Shown here: positions 1 to 10,956 of the stretch, piece after piece
Layout of the letters: the number at the start of each line of letters is the position of its first letter
Position numbering within the stretch: position 1 is the first letter of the stretch
NCBI RefSeq assembly: GCF_037024155.1
Contig: NZ_JAYKTS010000002.1
Location: 182,373 to 206,372 of the forward strand
Length of the DNA: 24,000 bases
Direction: 5' to 3'
DNA from: Bacillus sp. 2205SS5-2
GTDB lineage: Bacteria > Bacillota > Bacilli > Bacillales > Bacillaceae_K
Position numbers and translations under genes: made by a program
The notes under the pieces: model-generated
Databases searched by the model: none
What the model saw: the letters and a program-made list of their open reading frames with translations, nothing else
Told to the model about the DNA's origin: nothing

Positions 1-861
1 CCACATACCTCTTCTGGACGGATTCCTTCTGAAAAAGGGTATCGATATTATGTTGACCATTTGCTTTCTCCTCACACTTTGAACAAACAAGATATGCAAA
101 AAATCCAATCGGTCTTTGCGGAAAGAATTTTCGAGATGGAAAATGTAGTGCAGAAATCTGCAGGTATTCTTTCCGAATTAACCAATTATACAACTATAGC
201 TCTTGGTTCCTTAGTCCGTGAAAATAGAGTGAAAAAACTCCAAATCATTCCGTTAAATCAGGAAACGGCTATCGCGATAATCGTCACGGATACAGGCCAT
301 GTAGAAAACAAAATGTTTACACTTCCACCAGGAATTGATTCAAGTGATCTAGAAAAAATGGCGAACATCCTAAATGAACGACTTATTGGTATACCACTTG
401 TGGAATTACATGACAAGATTTATAAGGAAGTAGCTGTTTTGCTGAAGCAACATATTCAGAGATATGATCTGGTGCTCCTATCTATTTCAGACGCTTTGAA
501 TTTACCGTCAAATGAAAAACTGTATTTTGGTGGCAAAACGAATATGCTAAATCAGCCAGAATTTCATGATTTAAATAAAGTGAAAAAGCTATTGCATATG
601 ATTGAGCATGAACAAGGGATCTATAAGTTGATTTCTCAGCTTCCAAATGGGATTCAAGTGAAAATCGGCAAAGAAAATGACTCTCTAGTAATGGAAGATT
701 GTAGTCTTATATCAGCTTCTTTCTCAGTTGGAAGCAATCAAGTTGGGACTATTGCCATATTAGGTCCAACACGGATGGAATATTCGCGAGTAATTAGTCT
801 GTTAAACTTTATCACTACGGATATGTCTAAAGCTTTAACCAAGCTGTATCAAAGCGAATGA
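1..861 (+). CDS. hrcA: Heat-inducible transcription repressor HrcA, C-terminal ~286 codons (5' end lies outside the window)
   Basis: Frame 1 is open from base 1 ([24 protein letters not shown]...) and runs into the listed ORF, stopping at TGA 859-861. It lies directly upstream of grpE-dnaK-dnaJ, the canonical Bacillus dnaK-operon order. Confidence 0.9.
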   Translation, partial: PHTSSGRIPSEKGYRYYVDHLLSPHTLNKQDMQKIQSVFAERIFEMENVVQKSAGILSELTNYTTIALGSLVRENRVKKLQIIPLNQETAIAIIVTDTGHVENKMFTLPPGIDSSDLEKMANILNERLIGIPLVELHDKIYKEVAVLLKQHIQRYDLVLLSISDALNLPSNEKLYFGGKTNMLNQPEFHDLNKVKKLLHMIEHEQGIYKLISQLPNGIQVKIGKENDSLVMEDCSLISASFSVGSNQVGTIAILGPTRMEYSRVISLLNFITTDMSKALTKLYQSE

Positions 862-978
862 GACTGGCCATATTGGTAAAGATAAGTCGATGGATGTTTT
901 GACAATATTCTCAAAACAACAGAGAATTATTGGTGGGGGCGAATTCTGGTTTTTTATCCTTTCAAGGAGGTGATACAC

Positions 979-1539
979 ATGAATGAAGAAACTAAAAATG
1001 AACAACCACTAGAAGAAGTTGAGGTCGAAACAGAAGTAGTTGAACCCATCTTTGATGAAACAGAGGAAGCGGGTAAAGCTGAAGGTCTCTCTTCAAAAGT
1101 GAGCGAATTAGAAGAAAAGCTAGTAGATGAAGAAACACGTTATCTTCGACTTCGTGCCGACTTTGATAATTTCCGTCGCCGAGTGAACTTAGATCGTGAG
1201 GCGAGTGAAAAATATAGAGCACAAAGTGTCATTTCTGATATTCTTCCAGCCCTTGACAACTTTGAGCGTGCGTTAAACTTGGAACCGGATAACGAACAAA
1301 CCAAAACTCTTTTGCAGGGAATGGACATGGTCTATCGCAGTCTAACAGATGCTTTAACGAAAGAAGGCTTAACAGCGATTCAAGCTGTCGACCAACCATT
1401 TGACCCGAATTTACATCAAGCGGTCATGCAAGTAGAAGACACAGAAAAAGAAAGCAATATTGTGCTTGAAGAGTTCCAAAAAGGGTATAAACTGAAAGAT
1501 AGAGTACTTCGACCAGCGATGGTAAAAGTAAATCAATAA
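979..1539 (+). CDS. grpE: Nucleotide exchange factor GrpE
   Basis: The ORF has an acidic N-terminus and a GrpE-type C-terminal domain ([15 protein letters not shown]). I prefer ATG 979, which is 8 nt after AAGGAGG (964-970), over the track's GTG 970, which overlaps that RBS. It sits between hrcA and dnaK. Confidence 0.93.
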   Translation: MNEETKNEQPLEEVEVETEVVEPIFDETEEAGKAEGLSSKVSELEEKLVDEETRYLRLRADFDNFRRRVNLDREASEKYRAQSVISDILPALDNFERALNLEPDNEQTKTLLQGMDMVYRSLTDALTKEGLTAIQAVDQPFDPNLHQAVMQVEDTEKESNIVLEEFQKGYKLKDRVLRPAMVKVNQ

Positions 1540-1547
1540 TTACATAG

Positions 1548-3392
<1,845 letters not shown>

Positions 3393-3413
3393 GATTGGCT
3401 GACAAAATAAAAA

Positions 3414-3450
3414 GTCAAAGTCAGGAAGTTCTTGACTTTGGCTTTTTGTT
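3414..3450 (+). terminator. Intrinsic terminator downstream of dnaK
   Basis: A 12-bp stem pairs GTCAAAGTCAGG (3414-3425) with CTTGACTTTGGC (3431-3442). It includes two G-T wobble positions and a 5-nt loop, and is followed by TTTTTGTTT. Confidence 0.8.
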
Positions 3451-3452
3451 TA

Positions 3453-3635
3453 GGAAAAGCTCATTTCGTATACATTTTGGCTCTTTAGTCTAATTTTAGA
3501 TGGAATCCTCCAATTTGCAGTTGATACCCATCAAAGATAGACGAAAAGGTACCCGGAAACGAAGCGATATCACCGTTTATAGACTGAATCGAAGAACAAA
3601 ATCTTTGCGAAAACAGCCTTAGGAAAAAAGTGGAA
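3453..3635 (+). repeat. Contiguous copy of a ~185-bp A+C arm element (also present, split, at 17570-17660 plus 18020-18105)
   Basis: It aligns by eye with the phoH-pgpH gap. Left-side matches are AAAGCTCATTTCGTATACAT vs AAGGCTCTTTTCGCATACAT and TTGATACCCATCAAAGATAGACG vs TTGATTCCCATTAAAAATAGACG. Right-side matches are CCCGGAAACGAAGCGATATCACCGTTTATAGACTG vs CCCGAAACAAAGCTATATCACCGTTTATATACTG and CGAAAACAGCCTTAGGAAAAAAGTG vs CGAAAACAGCCTTTTGAAAAAAAGTG. The two ends are imperfect inverted repeats. Confidence 0.8.
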
Positions 3636-3656
3636 GAGGTAGTCACTTCAGCAGGG

Positions 3657-3899
3657 AGTCTTATCAAGCTGCAGTGGCTAAGGACTCGGGCATTTGTCAG
3701 CCCACTGCGTGAATCAAGATTCACTACGTGTTCTGCCAGATGCCTACCGTCCTAAAACAGCCACTTTCGCTTTTAGTCTTATCAAGCTGCAGTGGCTAAG
3801 GACTCGGGCATTTGTCAGCCCACTGCGTGAATCAAGATTCACTACGTGTTCTGTCAGATGCCTACCGTCCTAAAACAGCCACTTTCGCTTTTAGTCTTG
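3657..3899 (+). repeat. Tandem hairpin modules: 2 x 118 bp (3657-3774, 3775-3892) plus a 7-bp start of a third
   Basis: This is a direct head-to-tail repeat, 117/118 identical; the only difference is C3736 vs T3854. Each unit is an imperfect long hairpin closed by GCAGTGGCT...AGCCACT. A degenerate module tail (AGTCACTTCAGCAGGG, 3641-3656) precedes the array. Confidence 0.95.
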
Positions 3900-3926
3900 A
3901 TATTATTTTTTTTTGTGTGTTAAAAT
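3897..3926 (+). promoter_or_regulatory. Candidate sigma-A promoter for dnaJ: TTGATA -18 nt- TAAAAT with TGn extension
   Basis: TTGATA is at 3897-3902 and TGTTAAAAT at 3918-3926, about 37 nt upstream of the dnaJ ATG. The -35 hexamer is formed at the junction of the truncated third repeat unit (AGTCTTGA) with unique sequence. This is motif matching only. Confidence 0.4.
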
Positions 3927-3962
3927 AACCTTTATGCGAAACGAAACGGGAGTGTTGGTCTG

Positions 3963-5081
3963 ATGAGTAAAAGGGATTATTACGAAGTATTAGGTTTGGG
4001 GAAAAGTGCTTCTCAAGATGAGATTAAAAAATCATATCGAAAACTCTCTAAAAAGTTCCATCCAGACATCAATAAAGAAGCGGATGCAAACGAGAAGTTT
4101 AAAGAAGTGAAAGATGCTTATGAAACGTTGAGTGATGAGCAAAAGCGCGCTCACTATGATCGCTATGGTCATACTGATCCAAATCAAGGGTTTGGTGGCG
4201 GAGGAGCTGCCGGTTTTGGCGGTTTTGAAGATATCTTTAATTCATTCTTCGGTGGTGGAGGCGGAAGACGCCGTGATCCTAATGCCCCACGTCAGGGAGC
4301 AGATCTTCAGTATACAATGACGTTAAGCTTTGAAGAAGCGGCTTTTGGGAAAGACACTGAAATAGATATACCAAATGAAGAAACGTGTGAAACTTGTAAG
4401 GGGAACGGCGCTAAACCAGGAACTAAGCCAGAAACATGTTCTCATTGTCAAGGAACAGGTCAATTAAATGTAGAACAAGATACGCCATTTGGTCGAATTG
4501 TTAATCGTCGGGTATGTAACCATTGCGATGGAACAGGACAAACGATTAAGCATAAATGTTCTACTTGTGGTGGAAAAGGAAAAGTAAGGAAACGCCGTAA
4601 AATTAGTGTGAAAGTGCCAGCAGGAATTGATGATGGTCAACAACTTCGTGTTACAGGTCAAGGTGAACCTGGAGTGAACGGAGGACCGGCCGGGGATTTA
4701 TATGTGGTATTCCATGTAAGAACGCATGATTTCTTTGAACGAGATGGTGACGATATTTATTGTGAAATGCCTTTACATTTTTCTCAAGCAACGCTAGGTG
4801 ACGAAATTCAAGTACCGACTCTTCATGGAAAAGTGAAGTTAAAAGTGCCAGCAGGAACGCAAACAGGCACACGTTTCCGCCTAAAAGGTAAAGGTGTACC
4901 AAATGTTAGAGGATACGGGCAAGGTGACCAGCACGTGATTGTGAAAGTTGTTACGCCAACCAAATTATCAGATAAACAAAAATCTTTATTGCGTGAGTTT
5001 GCTGATATCAGTGGCGGAATGCCCGATGAGCAGCATCACAGTATTTTTGACAAAGTAAAACGTGCCTTCAAAGGTGAATAA
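3963..5081 (+). CDS. dnaJ: Hsp40 co-chaperone DnaJ
   Basis: It has a J-domain with an HPD motif (KKFHPDINK), a G/F-rich linker and four CxxCxGxG zinc-finger repeats ([32 protein letters not shown]). Confidence 0.98.
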   Translation: MSKRDYYEVLGLGKSASQDEIKKSYRKLSKKFHPDINKEADANEKFKEVKDAYETLSDEQKRAHYDRYGHTDPNQGFGGGGAAGFGGFEDIFNSFFGGGGGRRRDPNAPRQGADLQYTMTLSFEEAAFGKDTEIDIPNEETCETCKGNGAKPGTKPETCSHCQGTGQLNVEQDTPFGRIVNRRVCNHCDGTGQTIKHKCSTCGGKGKVRKRRKISVKVPAGIDDGQQLRVTGQGEPGVNGGPAGDLYVVFHVRTHDFFERDGDDIYCEMPLHFSQATLGDEIQVPTLHGKVKLKVPAGTQTGTRFRLKGKGVPNVRGYGQGDQHVIVKVVTPTKLSDKQKSLLREFADISGGMPDEQHHSIFDKVKRAFKGE

Positions 5082-5103
5082 TTGAAATGGAGTTGGTAGA
5101 GCA

Positions 5104-6045
5104 ATGAAGTGGTCTGAAATTAGTATTCATACGACTAACGAAGCAATTGAACCGGTTTCCAATATATTGCATGAAGCAGGTGCAAGTGGAGTCGTGATTG
5201 AAGATCCGTTTGAACTTGTCAAGGAAAGAGAAGATCAGTTTGGAGAGCTCTACCAGCTCAATCCTGATGATTATCCCGAAGAAGGGGTTATGGTAAAAGC
5301 GTATTTACCTGTTAATAGCTTTCTAGGTGAGACGATTGAAGAAATTAAGCTCTCTGTTAATAACTTAATGTCTTATGATATTGATATTGGTCTTAACAAA
5401 GTTGAAATTTCTGAAATAAATGAAGAAGATTGGGCAACCGCTTGGAAAAAATACTATCACCCAGTCAAAATTTCAGAACGATTTACTATTGTACCTACTT
5501 GGGAGAATTATCAACCAGTTTCTAGTGACGAGCTGATCATTGAACTAGATCCAGGAATGGCCTTTGGAACAGGGACCCATCCTACAACTGTAATGTGTAT
5601 TCAAGCACTAGAAAGAACGGTTCGCCACGGAGATGATATCTTCGATGTGGGGACAGGTTCCGGAGTTTTAAGTATTGCAGCAGCTATGCTTGGTGCTAAA
5701 TCGGTCGATGCACTCGATTTAGATGAAGTAGCGGTTCGTTCAGCAAGGTTAAATGTAGAACTAAATAAAGTAGAAGACGTAGTAACAGTCTCTCAAAATA
5801 ATCTTTTAGAAGGCAAATTAGGCCAGACTGATGTAATTGTGGCAAATATCTTAGCTGAAATAATTTTACGTTTTACGAAAGAAGCATTTGAACTTGTCAA
5901 GCCAGGAGGTTATTTTATTACGTCCGGTATCATTCAACCTAAAAAGCAGGAAGTGAAGGATGCTCTACAGAATGTTGGTTTTAAAATCGAAGAAGTGCTT
6001 GTAATGGAAGACTGGGTAGCAATGATTGCTAAACGGCCTGCTTAA
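5104..6045 (+). CDS. prmA: Ribosomal protein L11 methyltransferase PrmA
   Basis: The 313-aa product has a SAM-binding motif [13 protein letters not shown]. It follows dnaJ, as yqeT/prmA does in B. subtilis. Confidence 0.9.
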   Translation: MKWSEISIHTTNEAIEPVSNILHEAGASGVVIEDPFELVKEREDQFGELYQLNPDDYPEEGVMVKAYLPVNSFLGETIEEIKLSVNNLMSYDIDIGLNKVEISEINEEDWATAWKKYYHPVKISERFTIVPTWENYQPVSSDELIIELDPGMAFGTGTHPTTVMCIQALERTVRHGDDIFDVGTGSGVLSIAAAMLGAKSVDALDLDEVAVRSARLNVELNKVEDVVTVSQNNLLEGKLGQTDVIVANILAEIILRFTKEAFELVKPGGYFITSGIIQPKKQEVKDALQNVGFKIEEVLVMEDWVAMIAKRPA

Positions 6046-6067
6046 GTAGTGTTAAGAGGTGAAGGAA

Positions 6068-6823
6068 ATGCAAAGGTATTTTGTTAATGCTAATGGAAGC
6101 GTTGATCATTCCTCTTTTATTATGGATGGCGAAAATGCCCATCATATGGTACGAGTCATGCGAATGAATGTGAATGATCGTTTCTACTGTGTCTTTTTAA
6201 ATGGACAATCAGTTCTCGCGAAAATAGATGAGATTTCCAGTGAAACTGTTACAGCATCCATTGTAGAATGGATAGATGAAAGCAAAGAACTCCCAGTGAA
6301 CGTCACGATTGTGAGCGGGCTGCCGAAAGGGGATAAGCTTGAATATATCATCCAAAAGGGAACAGAGCTAGGTGCAGTGCGGTTTATCCCTTTTAAAGCG
6401 GATCGCTCTATTGTAAAATGGGATCCAAAAAAATCAGCAAAAAAAAGAGAACGTTGGGGGAAAATTGCTAAGGAAGCGGCTGAGCAATCACACCGAACAA
6501 TCATCCCTACTGTAGATGAACCGATTCATATGCAAAAACTGTTAAAACTGAGTGAAGAATACGATCATAAAATAGTCGCCTACGAAGAATCGGCAAAAGA
6601 AGGGGAACAAGCCCTTTTTGCAACGATTTTATCAAAGGTTAAACCAGACGAGAGTATTTTGATTATCTTTGGTCCAGAAGGCGGTCTATCCTCGAAAGAA
6701 GTGGAGGCATTCCTTCAACATAATTTTCTAGCTTGCGGACTAGGACCTCGTATTCTTCGAACGGAAACAGCGCCGCTATATGCATTATCATCTATATCTT
6801 TTAAATTTGAACTAATGAGGTGA
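6068..6823 (+). CDS. rsmE: 16S rRNA (uracil1498-N3)-methyltransferase RsmE (YqeU)
   Basis: The N-terminus MQRYFV and the SPOUT-type C-terminal motif FGPEGGLS are present. I prefer ATG 6068, just downstream of AAGAGGTGAAGG, over the track's GTG 6059, which lies inside that RBS. Synteny is prmA-rsmE-mtaB. Confidence 0.88.
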   Translation: MQRYFVNANGSVDHSSFIMDGENAHHMVRVMRMNVNDRFYCVFLNGQSVLAKIDEISSETVTASIVEWIDESKELPVNVTIVSGLPKGDKLEYIIQKGTELGAVRFIPFKADRSIVKWDPKKSAKKRERWGKIAKEAAEQSHRTIIPTVDEPIHMQKLLKLSEEYDHKIVAYEESAKEGEQALFATILSKVKPDESILIIFGPEGGLSSKEVEAFLQHNFLACGLGPRILRTETAPLYALSSISFKFELMR

Positions 6824-6827
6824 GGAC

Positions 6828-8183
6828 ATGCCGACTGTCGCTTTTCACACACTAGGCTGTAAAGTAAACCATTATGAAACTGAAGCGATTTGGCAGTTGT
6901 TTAAAGAAAATCAATATGATCGTGTTGATTTCGAAAAATCTTCAGATGTATACGTGATTAATACATGTACTGTTACGAATACTGGAGACAAAAAAAGCCG
7001 TCAAGTTATTCGTCGTGCGATTCGTAAGAATCCTGATGCGGTTATTTGTGTAACCGGCTGTTATGCCCAAACATCACCTGCCGAAATTATGGCGATTCCT
7101 GGTGTAGATATCGTCGTGGGTACACAAGATCGTCAGAAAATGTTAGCTTATATTGAACAATTTAAACAAGAACGAGAACCTATTAATGCGGTGAAAAACA
7201 TCATGAAGAATCGTGTGTATGAAGAGCTTGATGTTCCTGCATTCACTGACCGAACTAGAGCCTCTTTGAAAATCCAAGAAGGTTGCAACAATTTTTGTAC
7301 GTTTTGTATTATCCCATGGGCTCGTGGCTTAATGCGTTCTCGTGATCCAGAGGAAGTCATTCATCAAGCTCAGCAACTTGTGGATGCAGGCTATAAAGAA
7401 ATTGTACTTACTGGCATTCATACAGGTGGGTATGGGGAAGATATGAAGGATTATAACCTTGCTATGCTTCTAACTGATTTAGAAAAACAAGTAAATGGGT
7501 TGAAGAGAATTCGGATTTCTTCCATTGAAGCAAGCCAATTAACAGATGAAGTAATTGATGTAATTGATCGCTCTAAGCTGGTCGTACGCCATTTACATAT
7601 CCCATTGCAATCAGGTTCCAATACGGTGTTAAAACGTATGAGGAGAAAGTATACTATGGAATTCTTTGGTGAGCGCTTAGAAAAGTTAAAGAAAGCTCTA
7701 CCTGGTCTTGCGGTTACATCGGACGTTATCGTCGGTTTTCCTGGTGAAACAGAAGAAGAGTTCATGGAAACCTATGATTTTATAAAAAAACATCAATTTT
7801 CCGAACTTCATGTATTCCCTTACTCCAAACGTACCGGAACTCCTGCGGCAAGAATGGATGATCAAGTGGATGAAGAAATTAAAAATAAACGGGTACATGA
7901 ACTGATTGCCCTATCAAATCAGTTGGCGAAAGAGTATTGTTCTCTTTTTGAGGGAGAGGTTCTCGAAGTCATTCCTGAAGAAAAATTCAAAGGCGATGCA
8001 GAAAGTGGTTTATTTGAAGGATATTCAGATAACTACCTCAAAGTTGTATTTCCTGCAACCGAAGACATGGTTGGAAAGCTTGTAAAAGTTAAAATAACCA
8101 AAGCCGGCTATCCCTACAATGAAGGACAGTTTGTTCGCGTGTTAGAGGAAGATGAAAAGGAAGTACAAAAAGCGGTTATTTAA
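6828..8183 (+). CDS. mtaB: tRNA methylthiotransferase MtaB (YqeV), radical-SAM MTTase
   Basis: The 451-aa product has an N-terminal MTTase domain (FHTLGCKVNHYE), a radical-SAM CxxxCxxC motif (CNNFCTFC) and a C-terminal TRAM-like segment. It is the last gene of the heptacistronic dnaK operon arrangement known from B. subtilis. Confidence 0.9.
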   Translation: MPTVAFHTLGCKVNHYETEAIWQLFKENQYDRVDFEKSSDVYVINTCTVTNTGDKKSRQVIRRAIRKNPDAVICVTGCYAQTSPAEIMAIPGVDIVVGTQDRQKMLAYIEQFKQEREPINAVKNIMKNRVYEELDVPAFTDRTRASLKIQEGCNNFCTFCIIPWARGLMRSRDPEEVIHQAQQLVDAGYKEIVLTGIHTGGYGEDMKDYNLAMLLTDLEKQVNGLKRIRISSIEASQLTDEVIDVIDRSKLVVRHLHIPLQSGSNTVLKRMRRKYTMEFFGERLEKLKKALPGLAVTSDVIVGFPGETEEEFMETYDFIKKHQFSELHVFPYSKRTGTPAARMDDQVDEEIKNKRVHELIALSNQLAKEYCSLFEGEVLEVIPEEKFKGDAESGLFEGYSDNYLKVVFPATEDMVGKLVKVKITKAGYPYNEGQFVRVLEEDEKEVQKAVI

Positions 8184-8185
8184 GC

Positions 8186-8217
8186 AAAAACTCTGTCTCT
8201 TCTAGACAGAGTTTTTT
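8186..8217 (+). terminator. Intrinsic terminator downstream of mtaB
   Basis: CTCTGTCT (8191-8198) pairs with AGACAGAG (8204-8211) around a 5-nt loop. The stem is flanked by an A-run upstream and TTTTTT (8212-8217) downstream. Confidence 0.85.
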
Positions 8218-8398
8218 GATTCAGTTAGCAAATGTGATTTTTAAAATGGTGGAAGTCTAGGTACTGACACCTTGCTCATTTCTTAGCTATCGTGTTTGAG
8301 AATCATAAAAAGGGTAACAATAAGGTAGAACTCGTCTTTTCGACGAGAATTTGTTATGATGAAGAGGTACATACAACTGAGTGAAAGGAGAGAAAAAT

Positions 8399-9070
8399 AT
8401 GACTAAAGAAGTAGCAAAAATGATTGATCATACACTATTAAAAGCAGAGGCAACGAAACAACAGGTGGACACACTTTGTGAGGAAGCAAGAGAGCATCAA
8501 TTTGCCTCTGTTTGCGTAAACCCTACTTGGGTAAAATACTCTAGTGAAAAATTACAAGGTTCAGATGTGGAGGTCTGTACGGTCATTGGTTTTCCACTTG
8601 GAGCTACCACACCTGAAACGAAAGCATTCGAAACGAAAAATGCGATTGAAAATGGTGCTACTGAAGTGGACATGGTGATAAATATTGGTGCGCTGAAAGA
8701 CAGGGATTTAGAATTGGTAGAGCGTGATATTCGTGCAGTTGTAGCTGCATCTAAGGGAAAAGCACTATCTAAGGTAATAATCGAAACAAGTCTGCTATCG
8801 GATGAAGAAAAGGTTATTGCTTGCGAGCTTTCCGTTAAAGCAGGTGCGGATTATGTGAAAACATCAACTGGATTCTCAACAGGTGGAGCCACTGTAGCAG
8901 ATGTTACGTTAATGAGAAAAACAGTTGGACCAGATATTGGTGTGAAAGCCTCTGGTGGTGTTCGTAGCGTCGAGGATGCTCAAGCGGTAATGGAAGCTGG
9001 TGCGACTCGAATCGGTGCAAGTTCTGGTGTGAAGATTGTTCAAGGATTAACAAGTGATTCTGATTATTAA
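8399..9070 (+). CDS. deoC: Deoxyribose-phosphate aldolase DeoC
   Basis: It reads as a class I aldolase, with IDHTLLK near the N-terminus and the active-site lysine context [10 protein letters not shown] prefer ATG 8399, 6 nt after AAAGGAGAG, over the track's GTG 8381. Confidence 0.88.
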   Translation: MTKEVAKMIDHTLLKAEATKQQVDTLCEEAREHQFASVCVNPTWVKYSSEKLQGSDVEVCTVIGFPLGATTPETKAFETKNAIENGATEVDMVINIGALKDRDLELVERDIRAVVAASKGKALSKVIIETSLLSDEEKVIACELSVKAGADYVKTSTGFSTGGATVADVTLMRKTVGPDIGVKASGGVRSVEDAQAVMEAGATRIGASSGVKIVQGLTSDSDY

Positions 9071-9138
9071 GCAATGAAAATACTCGTTAAGAAATTATAA
9101 CGGTTAGGGATTACAAGGTCGATAAATTAACAAACAAG

Positions 9139-9180
9139 TAAGCACTTCATTTAGCAGCTAAAATGGAGTGCTTATTTTTT
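9139..9180 (+). terminator. Intrinsic terminator after deoC (possibly shared with the convergent minus-strand gene)
   Basis: A 14-bp stem pairs TAAGCACTTCATTT (9139-9152) with AAATGGAGTGCTTA (9161-9174), with one T-G wobble, followed by TTTTTT (9175-9180). Confidence 0.8.
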
Positions 9181-9226
9181 GGGAAAATAGTATTTAAATG
9201 TATTTTATTCCAATGGTTATACACAG

Positions 9227-10144
9227 TTACCTATCATGAACAAAGAGCACAAAGCGTTCGAACTGGGAGGTAAACGGAAGAACTAGCAGTGATGTACCCA
9301 CATTGAAGATTACGCTTGCATGAGCAAGCTGAACAGCTGGATCCGAGCTTAATAACTGAGCGAGGTCTCCAAGCAAGCGGACCAAAGGTAGACAGGCTCC
9401 TACTCCGATTACATTCAACCAAACATGAACCCAAGCGGTTAACCTTGCTTCCTTACCACCTCCTATGCTCGCAAATAGAGCCGTAATACAGGTACCAATA
9501 TTAGCACCAAACATAATTAATATGCCTCCTTCTATCCCAATTAGCTGAGAGGAGACAAGACTCATGGCAAAAGCAGTTGTCGCAGTACTAGATTGGACAC
9601 AAGCAGCAAAAACAATTCCAAATAATAGTGAAATGACCGGAGAACGGAAATTTGAAGAAAAATCCAAATTTTTTTGAAGAGAATCAGAAAATAATTCGAG
9701 GCCGTTCATCGATAATAAAACAATTGAAAGTCCGATAAAAATAAATCCTAAGCTTTTTAGAAAGACTTTTTGAAAAATTGAAAGTAATAAACCGAGCAAG
9801 AGTAAAGGAATTATCAATTGACTGATTGAAATGGAGAATAATTCCAACGTGACAGTAGTGCCAATATTTGTACCTAGAATAATGCCAATCGACTGTTGGA
9901 AGGTAAGAATACCTGCAGAAACAAACCCGATTGTCATAACGGTTACGACCGAGCTACTTTGTAAGATGCCTGTACAGATGGTGCCAGCAATTAACCCTCT
10001 GGTAGGTGTTTTAGTGTAGGTTTGAAGCCAAGTTTTTAAGGATTCTCCAGATAATGTATACAAACCTTGTCGCAAAATGAGAATGCCAGTTAAAAATGAA
10101 CCGACTAATAAAACAAAAAAAACAAACAGCAACATCTCATACAC
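9227..10144 (-). CDS. Na+/phosphate (PNaS/NptA-like) cotransporter family membrane protein, YqeW-like
   Basis: The 305-aa product is highly hydrophobic and polytopic, with internally duplicated GTNIGT/GANIGT segments typical of Na/Pi cotransporter repeats. The RBS AAAGGGG lies upstream of the ATG. It occupies the position between mtaB and rpsU that yqeW holds in B. subtilis. Confidence 0.75.
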   Translation of the reverse strand: MYEMLLFVFFVLLVGSFLTGILILRQGLYTLSGESLKTWLQTYTKTPTRGLIAGTICTGILQSSSVVTVMTIGFVSAGILTFQQSIGIILGTNIGTTVTLELFSISISQLIIPLLLLGLLLSIFQKVFLKSLGFIFIGLSIVLLSMNGLELFSDSLQKNLDFSSNFRSPVISLLFGIVFAACVQSSTATTAFAMSLVSSQLIGIEGGILIMFGANIGTCITALFASIGGGKEARLTAWVHVWLNVIGVGACLPLVRLLGDLAQLLSSDPAVQLAHASVIFNVGTSLLVLPFTSQFERFVLFVHDR

Positions 10145-10216
10145 CCCTTTACAAATATGTATATGGACAAGTTTATGAGTAAATGATAATAATTAGGGAA
10201 GAATTTAGAATAGCTG

Positions 10217-10245
10217 TTGACCTTAACTCTTCCTTATATTATAAT
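10217..10245 (+). promoter_or_regulatory. Sigma-A promoter of rpsU-yqeY: TTGACC -17 nt- TATAAT
   Basis: TTGACC at 10217-10222 and TATAAT at 10240-10245 have an exact 17-nt spacer and lie about 75 nt upstream of the rpsU ATG. Confidence 0.7.
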
Positions 10246-10318
10246 TGCAAAGTACATGGACTTTGCATGTTTGAAGATGTCATGTAAGCGTAGTGTGTTC
10301 GGAGGGAGGGAAAGAGAG

Positions 10319-10492
10319 ATGTCAAAAACAGTCGTTCGTAAAAACGAATCGCTTGAAGATGCTCTTCGTCGCTTCAAACGTTCTGTATCCAAAACTGGAA
10401 CTTTACAAGAGTATAGAAAGCGCGAATTCTATGAAAAGCCTAGCGTAAAGCGTAAGAAGAAGTCTGAAGCTGCTAGAAAGCGTAAGTTTTAA
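10319..10492 (+). CDS. rpsU: 30S ribosomal protein S21
   Basis: The 57-aa product is [57 protein letters not shown]. The RBS GGAGGGAGGG (10301-10310) precedes ATG 10319. The track's start at 10217 is really the -35 box. Confidence 0.97.
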   Translation: MSKTVVRKNESLEDALRRFKRSVSKTGTLQEYRKREFYEKPSVKRKKKSEAARKRKF

Positions 10493-10509
10493 TTAGAGAG
10501 GGTGTATCG

Positions 10510-10956
10510 ATGAGTCTTCTCGAGCGTTTAAACCAAGATATGAAACAAGCGATGAAAAACAAAGAAAAAGAAAAGCTTTCCGTAATCAGGATGCTTAAAG
10601 CTTCATTACAAAATGAAGCTATTAAGCTCGGGAAACCGGAGCTTGCTCAAGACGAAGAGTTGACAGTCCTTTCTCGTGAAGTAAAGCAACGCAAAGACTC
10701 CCTCCGTGAATTCGAGAAAGCCAATCGCGGCGATCTTGTGGAAAAAATTCAATCTGAATTAACTTACGTCGACATATATATGCCTAAGCAGCTTTCAGAA
10801 CAAGAAGTTGAAGTGATTGTTAGCGAAACCGTCACAGAAGTGAATGCTTCTTCAAAGGCTGACATAGGGAAAGTGATGGGAGCTATTATGCCTAAAGTAA
10901 AAGGTAAGGCAGATGGTACTCTCATCAATAAGATAGTTCAGAAGTATTTATCCTAA
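10510..10956 (+). CDS. yqeY: GatB/YqeY domain-containing protein
   Basis: The 148-aa product has YqeY-type sequence (LKDAMKNKEK-like N-terminus, KADMGKVMG-like C-terminus) and lies immediately downstream of rpsU, as in B. subtilis. Confidence 0.88.
   Translation: MSLLERLNQDMKQAMKNKEKEKLSVIRMLKASLQNEAIKLGKPELAQDEELTVLSREVKQRKDSLREFEKANRGDLVEKIQSELTYVDIYMPKQLSEQEVEVIVSETVTEVNASSKADIGKVMGAIMPKVKGKADGTLINKIVQKYLS

Noticed and set aside
923-955. A possible hairpin plus T-run (GAATT...AATTC followed by TGGTTTTTT) between hrcA and grpE
   Set aside because: Only about 5-6 contiguous base pairs surround a G-rich loop, which is too weak to call a terminator or attenuator. hrcA-grpE are normally co-transcribed.
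3485-3724. A 79-aa minus-strand ORF in the dnaK-dnaJ spacer
   Set aside because: It spans the A/C element and the first hairpin module. It has no RBS and is antisense to the operon. Its homologous region at the second locus is interrupted by 359 bp of modules, which a coding sequence would not tolerate.
3657-3899. Whether the tandem repeats here and at 17661-18019 could be a CRISPR array
   Set aside because: The units are 117-126 bp, directly abutting with no unique spacers. They are internally palindromic over their whole length, and no cas genes are nearby. This is not a CRISPR architecture.
10217-10318. The N-terminal extension of the rpsU ORF (the track starts it at TTG 10217, giving 91 aa)
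   Set aside because: TTG 10217 is the first base of a consensus -35 box (TTGACC-17-TATAAT). The canonical 57-aa S21 starts at ATG 10319, behind a strong RBS.
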